The notes beneath the pieces were generated by a model. It had not been told where the DNA came from, did no database searches, and was given only the letters and a program-made list of their open reading frames with translations. A stretch of DNA of 64,000 nucleotides, taken from contig JAQCIU010000009.1 of NCBI GenBank assembly GCA_027593235.1, positions 44,239 to 108,238 on the forward strand, written 5' to 3'. A program made the position numbers and the translations under genes. Positions 55,210 to 64,000 of the stretch are shown here, piece by piece. This stretch comes from Chloroflexota bacterium (lineage in GTDB: Bacteria; Chloroflexota; Dehalococcoidia; UBA2979). Numbering within the stretch: the first letter of the stretch is position 1; every line of letters starts with the position of its first letter.

Positions 55210-56447
55210 TGAGCACCATCCACCCGGCCGCTCCGCTCTCACCGGCGCCGGGCGGCATGCTCGCGTCGTTTCAGGAACCGGAGTTCCGCAAGGTCTGGCT
55301 CGGCGCGGTGCTCTTCGGCCTCGGCATGTGGATGGAACGGCTCGCGATCGGCTGGTTCATCCTCGACGAAACCGGCTCCGTCTTCCTCGCTGCGCTCTCC
55401 TTCGCCATCCGCACCGTCCCCAACCTCGTGCTCGGCCCGATCGGTGGCGCCGCCTCTGACCGCCTGCCACGCGCACGTGTGCTCGCCGTCACCTCCTGGA
55501 TCCGCATGCTCGCCGCCGCGCTCATGGCGCTCGTCGTCCTCGTCGATGTCGCGACGATCCCCGCGCTGATGGTGCTCGTCTTCCTCACCGGCGCGACGAT
55601 CGCCTTCCAGAACACCGCCCTCCAGCCGTTGCAGGCGGAAATCGTTGGACCGGCGCGCCTCAGCAACGCGATCAGCCTCACCTCCCTCGGTCAGCGCTCC
55701 ATCGGTGTCATCGGCGCGCTGAGCGGCGGCATCTTCATCGCCTGGCTCGGACCAGCCGCCACCTTCCTCATCGGTGCGCTGCCCCTCGCCGCTGCCGCGC
55801 TCGTCTTCGGTCGCGTCCGCCCGGCCGCTCGCCCGCCCCGCGCCGGCACCCGCTTCGCCACCGAGGTCCTCGACGGGCTCCGCCTCGCCATCCGTACCCC
55901 CATGGTCCGGCTGCTACTCGGGATGATGATCCTCGTCGAAATCCTTGGCTTTTCCTTTAACGGCCTCCTCCCCGCCGTCGCGGAGCGGGTCCTCGAGGTC
56001 GGCCCGGAACGCCTCGGCGTGCTCACCGCTGGCGTCTCCGTCGGTGCCATGATCGGCACCCTCTTCCTCGTCGTCGTCGGCGATCGCCTCCCCCGCGGCC
56101 TGATGCTGATCGCCGTCTTCGCGACCTTCGGCACGCTCCTGCTCGTCCTCGGCAACTCGACCGTGTTCTGGCTCTCCGTGCTCGCCGCTGGCGGTGTCGG
56201 CGCCTCCGCCGCGATGGTCGACGCGCTCGAGTGGATCATGCTCCAGCACAGCGTCCCGGAAGAGCTCCGCGGCCGCGCGCTTGGTGGCTGGAACTTCGCG
56301 ATCGGCTGGGGCTGGATTGGCCCGATCGCCCTCGGCGCCATCGCCGATGCCACCACCGTCCCCACCGCGCTCACCCTCAGCGGGTCACTTCTCGTCGTCG
56401 CCGCCATCGCCGCCCTGCTGCTCGCGAAGCCCCTGCGCGCCCGCTAG
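55209..56447 (+). CDS. MFS transporter (EntS/DUF894-like)
   Basis: GAASDRLPR, L.NAISL, VPEELRGR; TGATG coupling. Confidence 0.9.
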   Translation: MSTIHPAAPLSPAPGGMLASFQEPEFRKVWLGAVLFGLGMWMERLAIGWFILDETGSVFLAALSFAIRTVPNLVLGPIGGAASDRLPRARVLAVTSWIRMLAAALMALVVLVDVATIPALMVLVFLTGATIAFQNTALQPLQAEIVGPARLSNAISLTSLGQRSIGVIGALSGGIFIAWLGPAATFLIGALPLAAAALVFGRVRPAARPPRAGTRFATEVLDGLRLAIRTPMVRLLLGMMILVEILGFSFNGLLPAVAERVLEVGPERLGVLTAGVSVGAMIGTLFLVVVGDRLPRGLMLIAVFATFGTLLLVLGNSTVFWLSVLAAGGVGASAAMVDALEWIMLQHSVPEELRGRALGGWNFAIGWGWIGPIALGAIADATTVPTALTLSGSLLVVAAIAALLLAKPLRAR

Positions 56448-56562
56448 CGCCACATTTCACACGGATCTCCCTCAAATGGGGCACGCGACCGTTCGCGCGG
56501 CCATCGACAATTCAGGACGAACCGCGCCACCACAGGCGAGGCGCGCCGCCCGGGGGTCCTTG

Positions 56563-57231
56563 ATGTCCACCGCCGTCCGTTGGCTACTCGCTCCGCTCGC
56601 CGCGCTACTCCTCGTCGGCTGCATCAGCGTCGAGGTCGACGGGCGCCCGTGGAACGGCGAGCACGGCTCCGGCTTCCTCGTCACAGAGACCCGCGGCCTC
56701 TCGGACTTCACCAGCCTCAGGGTGTCCGCGGCACTCCGCGTCGAAGTAACGAACGGGCCGCCCGCGGTCGAGATCCACTTCGACGACAACCTCATCGGTC
56801 GCGTCGAGGCCACCGTCCGCGCCGGCCAGCTCCGTCTCACCTGCTCCGACTGCTCACCGTCGACCGGTGCCCTGATTCGGGTCACTACCCACGCCCTCAC
56901 CACCCTCGATGTCGGCGGCGCCAGCCGCGTCACCCTGCGCGGGTTAGACGCTCCCCGCTTCGATCTGATCCTCAGCGGCGCCAGCCTCGCGATCATCGAT
57001 GGCGCCGTCGAAGCCCTCTCAATCGAGGGGTCGGGCGCCTCGCGACTCGATGGCGTGAACCTCGTCACGTCCGCCCTCCAGCTCGATCTCAGTGGCGCAA
57101 CCCAGGTCGATCTGCAGGTCACCACGCGCGTGACCGGTGAGCTGTCCGGGGCATCCCGCCTCAACTTCACCGGCAGCCCGCCCGCGCTGATCGAGGTCGA
57201 CACCAGCGGTGCTTCCTCCATCGAGCGCTGA
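56563..57231 (+). CDS. DUF2807/GIN head-domain lipoprotein
   Basis: Lipobox LVGC; GSG..VTE.R; repeated SGAS. Confidence 0.8.
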   Translation: MSTAVRWLLAPLAALLLVGCISVEVDGRPWNGEHGSGFLVTETRGLSDFTSLRVSAALRVEVTNGPPAVEIHFDDNLIGRVEATVRAGQLRLTCSDCSPSTGALIRVTTHALTTLDVGGASRVTLRGLDAPRFDLILSGASLAIIDGAVEALSIEGSGASRLDGVNLVTSALQLDLSGATQVDLQVTTRVTGELSGASRLNFTGSPPALIEVDTSGASSIER

Positions 57232-57265
57232 CGCGCAGTCTGAATCCGGAACGGGGACCACCGTG

Positions 57266-57949
57266 ATGCGGCTCAATCGCCCCCGCACATTCCTCATCCC
57301 ATGGCTGATCGCCGCGGCCGTCGTCGTCACCGGCTGCGTCAGCGTTGAGATCGACGGCGACGCCTGGAATCCCAGCGAACGCGGCTCCGGTCATCTCGTC
57401 ACCGAACAGCGCGTCGTGTCGACATTCCAGTCGGTCCGCGTCTCCGACGGACTGCGTGTGGAGATCGACCGTGGCCCGGCGACCGTCGAGGTAACCCTGG
57501 ACGGCAACCTCATTGGTCGCCTCACGACCGCCGTCATCGGCGGCCAGCTAATGATCTCGTGCGACGACTGCGCACCAACAGCCGACTCCCTGGTCCGGCT
57601 GACCACGCCCAACCTAGACCGGCTCGTGGCCAGCGGTGGCAGCCGGATCGTCGCTGCTGATCTCGAAGGCGATCGACTCAGCCTCGAACTCAATGGCGGT
57701 AGCTATCTCGAGATCGGCGGCTCGATTAATGAGCTGACGATCGACGGCTCCGGCGGCTCCGAGATCGACGCCGTCACCCTCGTCGTCACCCGACTCCACA
57801 TCGACCTCAGCGGCGGAAGCCGCGCCCTGATCGAGGTCATCGAACGCGTCGACGGAGACCTCTCCGGCGGCTCTCACCTCGAACTCACCGGGACCGCATC
57901 CCCCGCCACCGTCGTCGACGTCAGCGGCGGTTCCTCCGTCGACCGCTAG
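57266..57949 (+). CDS. DUF2807/GIN head-domain lipoprotein (tandem paralog)
   Basis: Lipobox VTGC; repeated SGGS; shares C.SVE.DG..WN and SC.DC.P with upstream gene. Confidence 0.8.
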   Translation: MRLNRPRTFLIPWLIAAAVVVTGCVSVEIDGDAWNPSERGSGHLVTEQRVVSTFQSVRVSDGLRVEIDRGPATVEVTLDGNLIGRLTTAVIGGQLMISCDDCAPTADSLVRLTTPNLDRLVASGGSRIVAADLEGDRLSLELNGGSYLEIGGSINELTIDGSGGSEIDAVTLVVTRLHIDLSGGSRALIEVIERVDGDLSGGSHLELTGTASPATVVDVSGGSSVDR

Positions 57950-57962
57950 CCGGTCGCTACCC

Positions 57963-58095
57963 CTGCGCGGAGTGCGCCACTCCGTCTCGGCCAAGCTTCT
58001 TCCGCGTTACTTGAACGAGTACATGTATCGCTACAAACACCGGAAGGACGACGGTCGATGTTCGAATCGCTACTTCTCTCGGCGGCTCGTAGTCG
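57963..58095 (+). mobile_element. IS1595-family transposase C-terminal remnant
   Basis: LRGVRHSVSAKLLPRYLNEYMYRYKHR, then frameshift to MFESLL; lower GC. Confidence 0.7.
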
Positions 58096-58607
58096 AGCCG
58101 TTCTCAGCCACTCTTCGCGATCTTGCGGAGGTTCTTGGTGAAGTCACCGTGCGTGGGGACGGAACCGACCCTGCCTCCACCCCCTACCGGGAGGAAGCCG
58201 GACTGTTCCGTAGTGATCTGTCTTTCTTCCCCGAGCGCTCGTGGGACCTGATCGAGTCGTTTCAGCCATACCACCGAGCGGCACGACCTGAACTCGAACT
58301 GCTCGGAATCCTCGACGAACTCGTACGGATCGACAAGCACCGCTTCGTCATCGCGCCGGAACGCCTCGTCAAGCTGGAAATGTCGCCGACCGAGACGCGG
58401 ATCATCCGTCAGAGACTCGACGAGCCACACCGCCAGTGGGTCCCCTCGCGCGTTTACCGCGACAACTTCGAGCCACGAGGAACCTTCGACATAGTTATGT
58501 ACCCACCCCTGCGAGGGCAGCGGGGTTTCAGCGCCCTTGAGTTGGGCGACATACACGATCTCATCGCGAACGAATTAATCCCAGCCTTCGCGGGCTTCCT
58601 CGCGTAG
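58096..58607 (+). pseudogene. 5'-truncated hypothetical (passenger-like) gene fused to IS1595 remnant
   Basis: IESFQPY...LGILDELVRIDKHR; atypical codon usage; no start of its own. Confidence 0.5.
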
Positions 58608-59005
58608 GGCGACAAATGGACGGCGGACAGCCATCACGCGGTCCGCCCGCCGCGTTCGCAATGCCTGTCTAGGCGAGGCCCTTCTACAGAGCAGCAATAG
58701 TCACCCGCTCGCCCCTAGCCCAACCACTCCCTCGGGGCGATACCCCTTCGGGAGTACCCCGGATCGCCAGCAAAACCCCGCCGTTCGTCGCCGTCGGGAA
58801 CCACGTCGCGCGATCCGCCGTCCAACCACCCGCCGTGGCGAGAAACTCGCTGGCCGACCAGCTCCCACGCCCAGCCGATCGGACTACCCAGGAATCACCC
58901 GATCGAGGGACGCCGGAACCACTTCCCCGGGCCACGATGCGGTGGCAATCATCACCAGCTCTGCGATGCGCTCCACCGCCCATCGCCCCGCCGAACGGAC
59001 CAGCA

Positions 59006-61261
59006 ATGCACGACCTGAACTCCACCGAGCGACTCGCTCGTGGCTCCGCGAGACATCCCTGGATCACCCTGTTGATCTGGGTCGCCGTCATCGGCGGATC
59101 GCTCTTCGCCGCCATCGACTATCTCGACCTGACTGACGATGGCGATGTCACCGCCAGCACCGAAGCAAACACCGCCGCCGAACTGCTCGACTCGCGCTTC
59201 CAGACCAACGGAACAGCCATTCCAGACGGGATCCCCGTCAACCAGAGCGCCCCGTTTGGCAATCAGGAATTCGTCATCCTCGAAGCCACCGACAACGCTG
59301 ACCCCGCCGCCTTCGAAACCGCGGCCACCGATCTGGTCACCGCGCTCCGCGCCAACGACCGCATCGCCGTCGTCCAGAGCTACCTCGACGACCAGCCCGG
59401 CTACCTCAGTGAGGACGGCCACGCCGCGCTCATCGCGGTCACCGGCGACGGCCTCGAAACGGTCGCGGTCATCGGCGCCGTCGAAGCGGCTCACCCCGGA
59501 TTCCGCGTCACCACCATCGGCAACGACAGCATCAACGAGGAGTTCAACACCCTCGCGGAGGAGACTCTCCTCCGTGGCGAGCTCCTCGGCATCTCACTCG
59601 CCCTCGTCATCCTCCTGCTGGTCTTCGGCGCCGCCTTCGCCGCCGGCCTGCCGATCGTCCTCGCGATCGTCGCCATCGTCGTCGCCGTCGGCGCCACCGC
59701 CCTCGTCGGACAGGTCTTCGACCTCTCCACCTTCGTCGTCAACATCATCACGATGATCGGGCTCGCCGTCGGCATCGACTATTCGCTCTTCATCGTCCAG
59801 CGCTACCGCGAAGAACTCGACAACGGACTCGACAAGATCGACGCGATCACGCTCGCCGGCGGCACCGCCAGCCGCGCCGTCCTCTTCTCCGGACTCGCCG
59901 TCGTGATCGCCCTCTCCGGGATGTTCATCATCCCCGACTCAACCTTCAACAGCTTCGGCGCCGGCGCCATCCTCGTCGTCATCGCCGCCGTCGCCGCCGC
60001 GCTCACCCTGCTCCCCGCCGTGCTCAGCCTCATCGGCCGCTCGGTGAACTGGCTGACCCTGCCCATCATCGGCCGCCGCCGCTCCCCCGAGATCGAAGGC
60101 GGCGTCTGGTACCGCATTACCGCCGCCGTCACCCGCCGGCCCGCCATCACCGCCGGCTTCACCGCCGTCGTCCTGATCGCCGTCGCCAGCTTCTACCTCA
60201 CCATCAACCTCGGCTCCAACGGCATCTCGTCGCTGCCCGACGCCAGCCCCGGACGCCACGCCTTCGAGGTCCTCAACGCCGAGTTCACCAACAGCCCCAA
60301 CGAAGCCAAGATCGTCATCGACACCCCCGACATCGAAGACCCCCGCGTCATCGAGGCCATCGGTGCCCTCGAAGACCTCCTCGCCGGCGACGACGCCTTC
60401 GGCGCCCCCGTCTTCACCCCCAGCCTCAGCGGTGACCTCGGCCTCATCGAAGTCCCCATGAAAGGCGACTTCTCCTCCGCCGAATCCCGCGACGCCCTCT
60501 CCCGGCTCCGCAGCGACTACATCCCGGCCAGCCTCGCCACCGTCGCCGGTGTCGCCGCCGTCTACGTCGGCGGAGACGCCGCTGACGACATCGACTACGT
60601 CGGCGTCATCGGCGACTACACCCCGATCGTCTTCGCCTACGTGCTCGGCTTCAGCTTCCTGCTCCTGCTCGTCACCTTCCGCTCGATCGTCGTCCCGCTC
60701 AAAGCCGTGCTCATGAACCTCTTATCCGTCGGCGCCGCCTACGGCCTGCTCGTCCTCGTCTTCCAGCACGGCATCGGCGCCAGCCTGTTCGGCTTCCGCC
60801 AGACGGAAGTCATCGAACCCTGGCTCCCGCTCTTCCTCTTCACGATCCTCTTCGGCCTCTCGATGGACTACCACGTCTTCCTGCTCAGCCGAATCAAGGA
60901 GCGCTACGACGAAACCGGGGACAACCACCACTCCGTCGCCTTCGGCCTCCGCTCAACGGGAGCCCTCATCACCGGAGCCGCCATGATCATGGTTGCAGTC
61001 TTCGGCGGCTTCGCCACCGGCGACCTCCTGATGTTCCAGCAAATGGGGTTCGGATTGGCCGTCGCCGTCATCCTCGATGCGACGGTAATCCGCTCCGTGC
61101 TGGTCCCAGCAACCATGGATCTGCTGGGCGATCGGAACTGGTACTTCCCGGCGTGGCTGGAGTGGCTCCCCGAGATCCACATCGAAGGTCGCCCGCGTCC
61201 GGCACTCGCGGAAGCCCGAGTTGGCGGGCCGGAAGCGGCCGCTGTGGCGGCAGAGCGCTAG
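59006..61261 (+). CDS. MMPL family (RND) transporter
   Basis: GLAVGIDYSLF..RYREE, FGLSMDYHVFLLSRIKE, LDATVIR. Confidence 0.95.
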   Translation: MHDLNSTERLARGSARHPWITLLIWVAVIGGSLFAAIDYLDLTDDGDVTASTEANTAAELLDSRFQTNGTAIPDGIPVNQSAPFGNQEFVILEATDNADPAAFETAATDLVTALRANDRIAVVQSYLDDQPGYLSEDGHAALIAVTGDGLETVAVIGAVEAAHPGFRVTTIGNDSINEEFNTLAEETLLRGELLGISLALVILLLVFGAAFAAGLPIVLAIVAIVVAVGATALVGQVFDLSTFVVNIITMIGLAVGIDYSLFIVQRYREELDNGLDKIDAITLAGGTASRAVLFSGLAVVIALSGMFIIPDSTFNSFGAGAILVVIAAVAAALTLLPAVLSLIGRSVNWLTLPIIGRRRSPEIEGGVWYRITAAVTRRPAITAGFTAVVLIAVASFYLTINLGSNGISSLPDASPGRHAFEVLNAEFTNSPNEAKIVIDTPDIEDPRVIEAIGALEDLLAGDDAFGAPVFTPSLSGDLGLIEVPMKGDFSSAESRDALSRLRSDYIPASLATVAGVAAVYVGGDAADDIDYVGVIGDYTPIVFAYVLGFSFLLLLVTFRSIVVPLKAVLMNLLSVGAAYGLLVLVFQHGIGASLFGFRQTEVIEPWLPLFLFTILFGLSMDYHVFLLSRIKERYDETGDNHHSVAFGLRSTGALITGAAMIMVAVFGGFATGDLLMFQQMGFGLAVAVILDATVIRSVLVPATMDLLGDRNWYFPAWLEWLPEIHIEGRPRPALAEARVGGPEAAAVAAER

Positions 61262-61285
61262 GCAAACCCACCGTTCCCCAGGGAC

Positions 61286-61311
61286 AACGGGCCGCCATCA
61301 GGCGGCCCGTT
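61286..61311. terminator. probable bidirectional terminator between convergent MMPL genes
   Basis: AACGGGCCGCC-atca-GGCGGCCCGTT. Confidence 0.65.
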
Positions 61312-61339
61312 TCGATCTCATCCCGTCCGTTTTCGCGCC

Positions 61340-64000
61340 TTAGATCGGGCGCCCGCGCGGGGCGATCAGGACGAGAAGCGGGGGGAGGACCATGAGGGCG
61401 GCAGTGGCCGACAGCATGATCATGACGGCGGTGAGCAGGCCGTAGGTGGCGAAGAGTGGCATGGGGGCGAAGGACATGACGGCGAAGCCGATGACGCTTG
61501 AGAGGGCGGATCCGATGAGGGCGGATCCGGTGCTCGCGGCGGCGCGTTGGGCGGCGTCGATGCGGGAATCGGTGGCGGTGAACTGCGCGGCGTGGATGGC
61601 GGGAGCAGAGGCGGTGCGTTGGGTTGGGTGGACTGGGGGGTGGGCGGTGAGTTCCTCGCGGAAGCGCATCGTGTAGTGGATGGCGTAGTCGATGCCGACG
61701 CCGATGGAGATGGCGCCGATGGTGGCGGTGACGAGGTTGAGGGTGAAGCCGGCGATGTACATGAAGGCGTAGAGCCAGGCGACGACGAGCAGGATGGGGA
61801 CGATGCTGGCGACGGCGTAGCGGATTGAGCGCATGGCGAGGGCGACGACGAGGAAGCAGAGGACGATCGCGATCGGGAGGGAGCGTTGGAGCGCTCGGTA
61901 GGTGGCGTCGAGGCTGGCTTGGCGGGTGAAGGGGCCGCCGGTTAGCGCGACACGCGCGTTGGGGTCAGCAGCGCGGAGCGCGGTGTTGAAGGATTCGAGG
62001 AACGGGGTGAGTTCGTCCTGGGCGGCGGCGATGGTTTCGACGGCGCGGGTTCCGGGGAGCTGGATGGAGATCCGGGCGGCGGCGGGAGCGGATTGGTCCC
62101 GCCAGACGATCTGACGGACTTCGTCGGCGGTGTAGCGGAGGCGGTCTTCGTCGAGGGAGATGCCCTCGGTGGCGGCGACGGCGAAGAGGGCGGTGAGCTG
62201 CTGGGGGGTGTCGGCGATGCCGTCGAGGTCGTCGTCGGTGAGGGCGACGCCGGTGACGGAGGCGACGCGAGCGATGGCGGCCGTCGAGGCGAGCGTGGCG
62301 GCCGAGAGGTCGGCGGGGCTATCGCTGACGATGAGGCCGCCGGCGGCGTCACGCGCGAAACGTGTCGAGCCCGAGCCGTCGAGGCGCGCGAACTGCTGAT
62401 CGATGACGGCGATGACGGCTGGGTCGGAGAGATCGGCCTCGATTAGGAAGATGGTGGGTTCACCGCCCAGTTCGCCGACGTGTTCGTCGAGTTTGTCGAG
62501 GCTGACGACGAAGTCGGTGTGGGAGGAAAAGAAGTCCTGGACGTCGAAGGCGGCTTCGACGCGGACGGCGAGGAACGCGGCGGCGAGCGTGAAGGCGAGC
62601 ACCAGCGGTAGGACGACGCGACGCTGGCGGCAGAGTGCGCCGATCAGGCGGGCCGAGAGGCCGAGGATCAGGCCGTCGGTCCCGGTGGTGGCGGTGGGTG
62701 ACGAGGGATGCGCTGCCTCCGTGGTCGTGGCACCCGTGAGGGCAGCCTCGGAGGGGGTCGCAGCCGCAGCCCCCGTGAGCGCCGGCGACATGGGCGCAGC
62801 GGCGGAGACCGGCGCAGCCTCAGAGGCCATCGGAACAACGGGAATGGCCGAGGCCGCCGAATCATCAGAGGGGGGCGCAGCCTCGGAGGAGGGCGCAGCC
62901 TCGGAGAGGGTCGCGGCCTCTAGGGGGGGCGCAGCGCCGGAGGCTTCCGTGCCATCGGCGGTGGCCGAGGCCTCCGCCCCAGCGGGCGCTGGCGACGCCT
63001 CCCCAGCTCCGGAAGGTGTCGCACCGGCGGGGGTGGGTGACGTCGTCGCAGCGGCGGAGGGCGGAGCGGGCGCATAGGCCCTGACTCGCGGCGAGGCAGC
63101 CGCGCCTCGTTCGGTCGGTGAGATCGGCGAGGGTGTCACGGGCTCGGAGGCTGCCACCGTACCGGAGGTAGCCGCATCGGCGGGGGTGGTCGGGGGCGTC
63201 ACGGCCTCGGAAGGTGTCACAGCCTCGGAAGTCCCCGCAGTCCCCGCAGTCCTCGCAGTCCCGGCAGTCCCAGCAGTCCCAGCAGTCCCAGCAGTCCCAG
63301 CAGTCCCAGCAGTCCCGGCAGTCCCGGCAGTCCCGGCAGTCCCGGCAGTCCCGGCAGTCCCGGCAGTCCCGGCAGTCCCAGCAGTCCCGGCAGTCCCGGC
63401 AGTCCCAGCAGTCCCAGCAGTCCCAGCAGTCCCAGCAGTCCCAGCAGTCCCAGCAGTCTCAGTGGTCCCCGCGGCCCCGGCGGCCGCAGCAGTCTCGGCG
63501 ACCCCAGCGGTCTCAGTGGTCTCAGTGGTCTCAGTGGTCTCAGTGGTCTCAGCGGTCTCAGCGGTCTCAGCGGTCTCAGCGGTCTCAGCGGTCTCAGCGG
63601 TCTCAGCCTCGGAGGGGGTCGCAGTCCCGGAGGGCCGAACGGGCGAGGCCCGAATTAACTGGGACGGCGCGGCGAGCGGCGCGGCGGAAGGACCAGCGGG
63701 TGAGGGTGCGGCAAGCGCTCGGGGGGCCGGCGCGGCGTGCGTGAGGACGGGGGAGCGTCGGAGGATGGAGATGGGGAGGGCGAGGAAGAGGAGCAGGTAG
63801 AGGGCGATGGCGGCGATCCCTACGGCGGGGACGACGATCACGGCGAGGACGGCGGCACCGGCGCAGAGGGAGGCTCCGAGGGTCGCGGCGATCCGCAAGG
63901 TTGCGCTGCGGGCGGCGGCAGACGAAGCGGCGGCTCGCGGGGCGCCAGCTGGCGGGATGGCGGCAGGCGGGGCGGCGGCGGACGAGGCGGCCACTGGCGG
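61340..64000 (-). CDS. MMPL/RND family transporter, 5'-partial, with large low-complexity insertion
   Basis: TGG, SIGVGIDYAIH..RFREE, PLFATYG; frame open to window edge. Confidence 0.85.
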   Translation of the reverse strand, partial: PPVAASSAAAPPAAIPPAGAPRAAASSAAARSATLRIAATLGASLCAGAAVLAVIVVPAVGIAAIALYLLLFLALPISILRRSPVLTHAAPAPRALAAPSPAGPSAAPLAAPSQLIRASPVRPSGTATPSEAETAETAETAETAETAETAETTETTETTETTETAGVAETAAAAGAAGTTETAGTAGTAGTAGTAGTAGTAGTAGTAGTAGTAGTAGTAGTAGTAGTAGTAGTAGTAGTAGTAGTAGTARTAGTAGTSEAVTPSEAVTPPTTPADAATSGTVAASEPVTPSPISPTERGAAASPRVRAYAPAPPSAAATTSPTPAGATPSGAGEASPAPAGAEASATADGTEASGAAPPLEAATLSEAAPSSEAAPPSDDSAASAIPVVPMASEAAPVSAAAPMSPALTGAAAATPSEAALTGATTTEAAHPSSPTATTGTDGLILGLSARLIGALCRQRRVVLPLVLAFTLAAAFLAVRVEAAFDVQDFFSSHTDFVVSLDKLDEHVGELGGEPTIFLIEADLSDPAVIAVIDQQFARLDGSGSTRFARDAAGGLIVSDSPADLSAATLASTAAIARVASVTGVALTDDDLDGIADTPQQLTALFAVAATEGISLDEDRLRYTADEVRQIVWRDQSAPAAARISIQLPGTRAVETIAAAQDELTPFLESFNTALRAADPNARVALTGGPFTRQASLDATYRALQRSLPIAIVLCFLVVALAMRSIRYAVASIVPILLVVAWLYAFMYIAGFTLNLVTATIGAISIGVGIDYAIHYTMRFREELTAHPPVHPTQRTASAPAIHAAQFTATDSRIDAAQRAAASTGSALIGSALSSVIGFAVMSFAPMPLFATYGLLTAVMIMLSATAALMVLPPLLVLIAPRGRPI
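63231..63608. repeat. 9-bp coding tandem repeat (about 42 units)
   Basis: 25 units of mostly GTCCC[A/G/C]GCA (63231-63455), 6 degenerate units, 11 units GTCTCAG[T/C]G (63510-63608); encodes (TAG)n/(TAE)n/(TTE)n tripeptides. Confidence 0.95.

Noticed and set aside
63231-63608. Possible CRISPR array
   Set aside because: Contiguous 9-bp units with no unique spacers, in frame within a CDS, and no cas genes
1-64000. Genome-wide stop-codon reassignment (TGA or TAA)
   Set aside because: Both codons end many genes at natural C-termini, including ATGA/TGATG coupled junctions (5771, 13020, 55209)

Overview
High-GC bacterial window, probably Chloroflexota/Dehalococcoidia-like. That taxonomy is inferred from gene content only: many paralogous SDRs, CoA-transferases, enoyl-CoA hydratases, amidases, hydrolases, luciferase-like and MMPL proteins. 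There are about 60 genes, mostly accessory catabolic enzymes, lipoproteins and transporters, plus hisI. I found no rRNA, tRNA or CRISPR array. Mobile DNA consists of an intact IS30 element splitting a NUDIX gene (2-bp target duplication) and an IS1595 transposase remnant. The most notable observations are: (1) two unannotated small paralogs about 9 kb apart share an ungapped 40-aa motif, RWW-x3-L-x2-R-x3-HQ-x7-DCS[YW]P[DE]CAWHG-x2-PGE-x-N, and one copy stays homologous past an in-frame TGA; (2) otherwise intact genes carry in-frame stops (TGA in an ABC solute-binding lipoprotein, TAA in a ScyD/ScyE-like protein); (3) two 5'-truncated genes are fused head-to-head at about 409; (4) the ScyD/E-like protein has a candidate novel C-terminal sorting domain; (5) an ArsR regulator with a double palindromic operator is translationally coupled to a PD-(D/E)xK-like protein; (6) a 42-unit 9-bp coding tandem repeat lies inside an MMPL transporter; (7) GC skew reverses at about 61.3 kb. 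All functional calls come from motif recognition by eye; no database searches were run.
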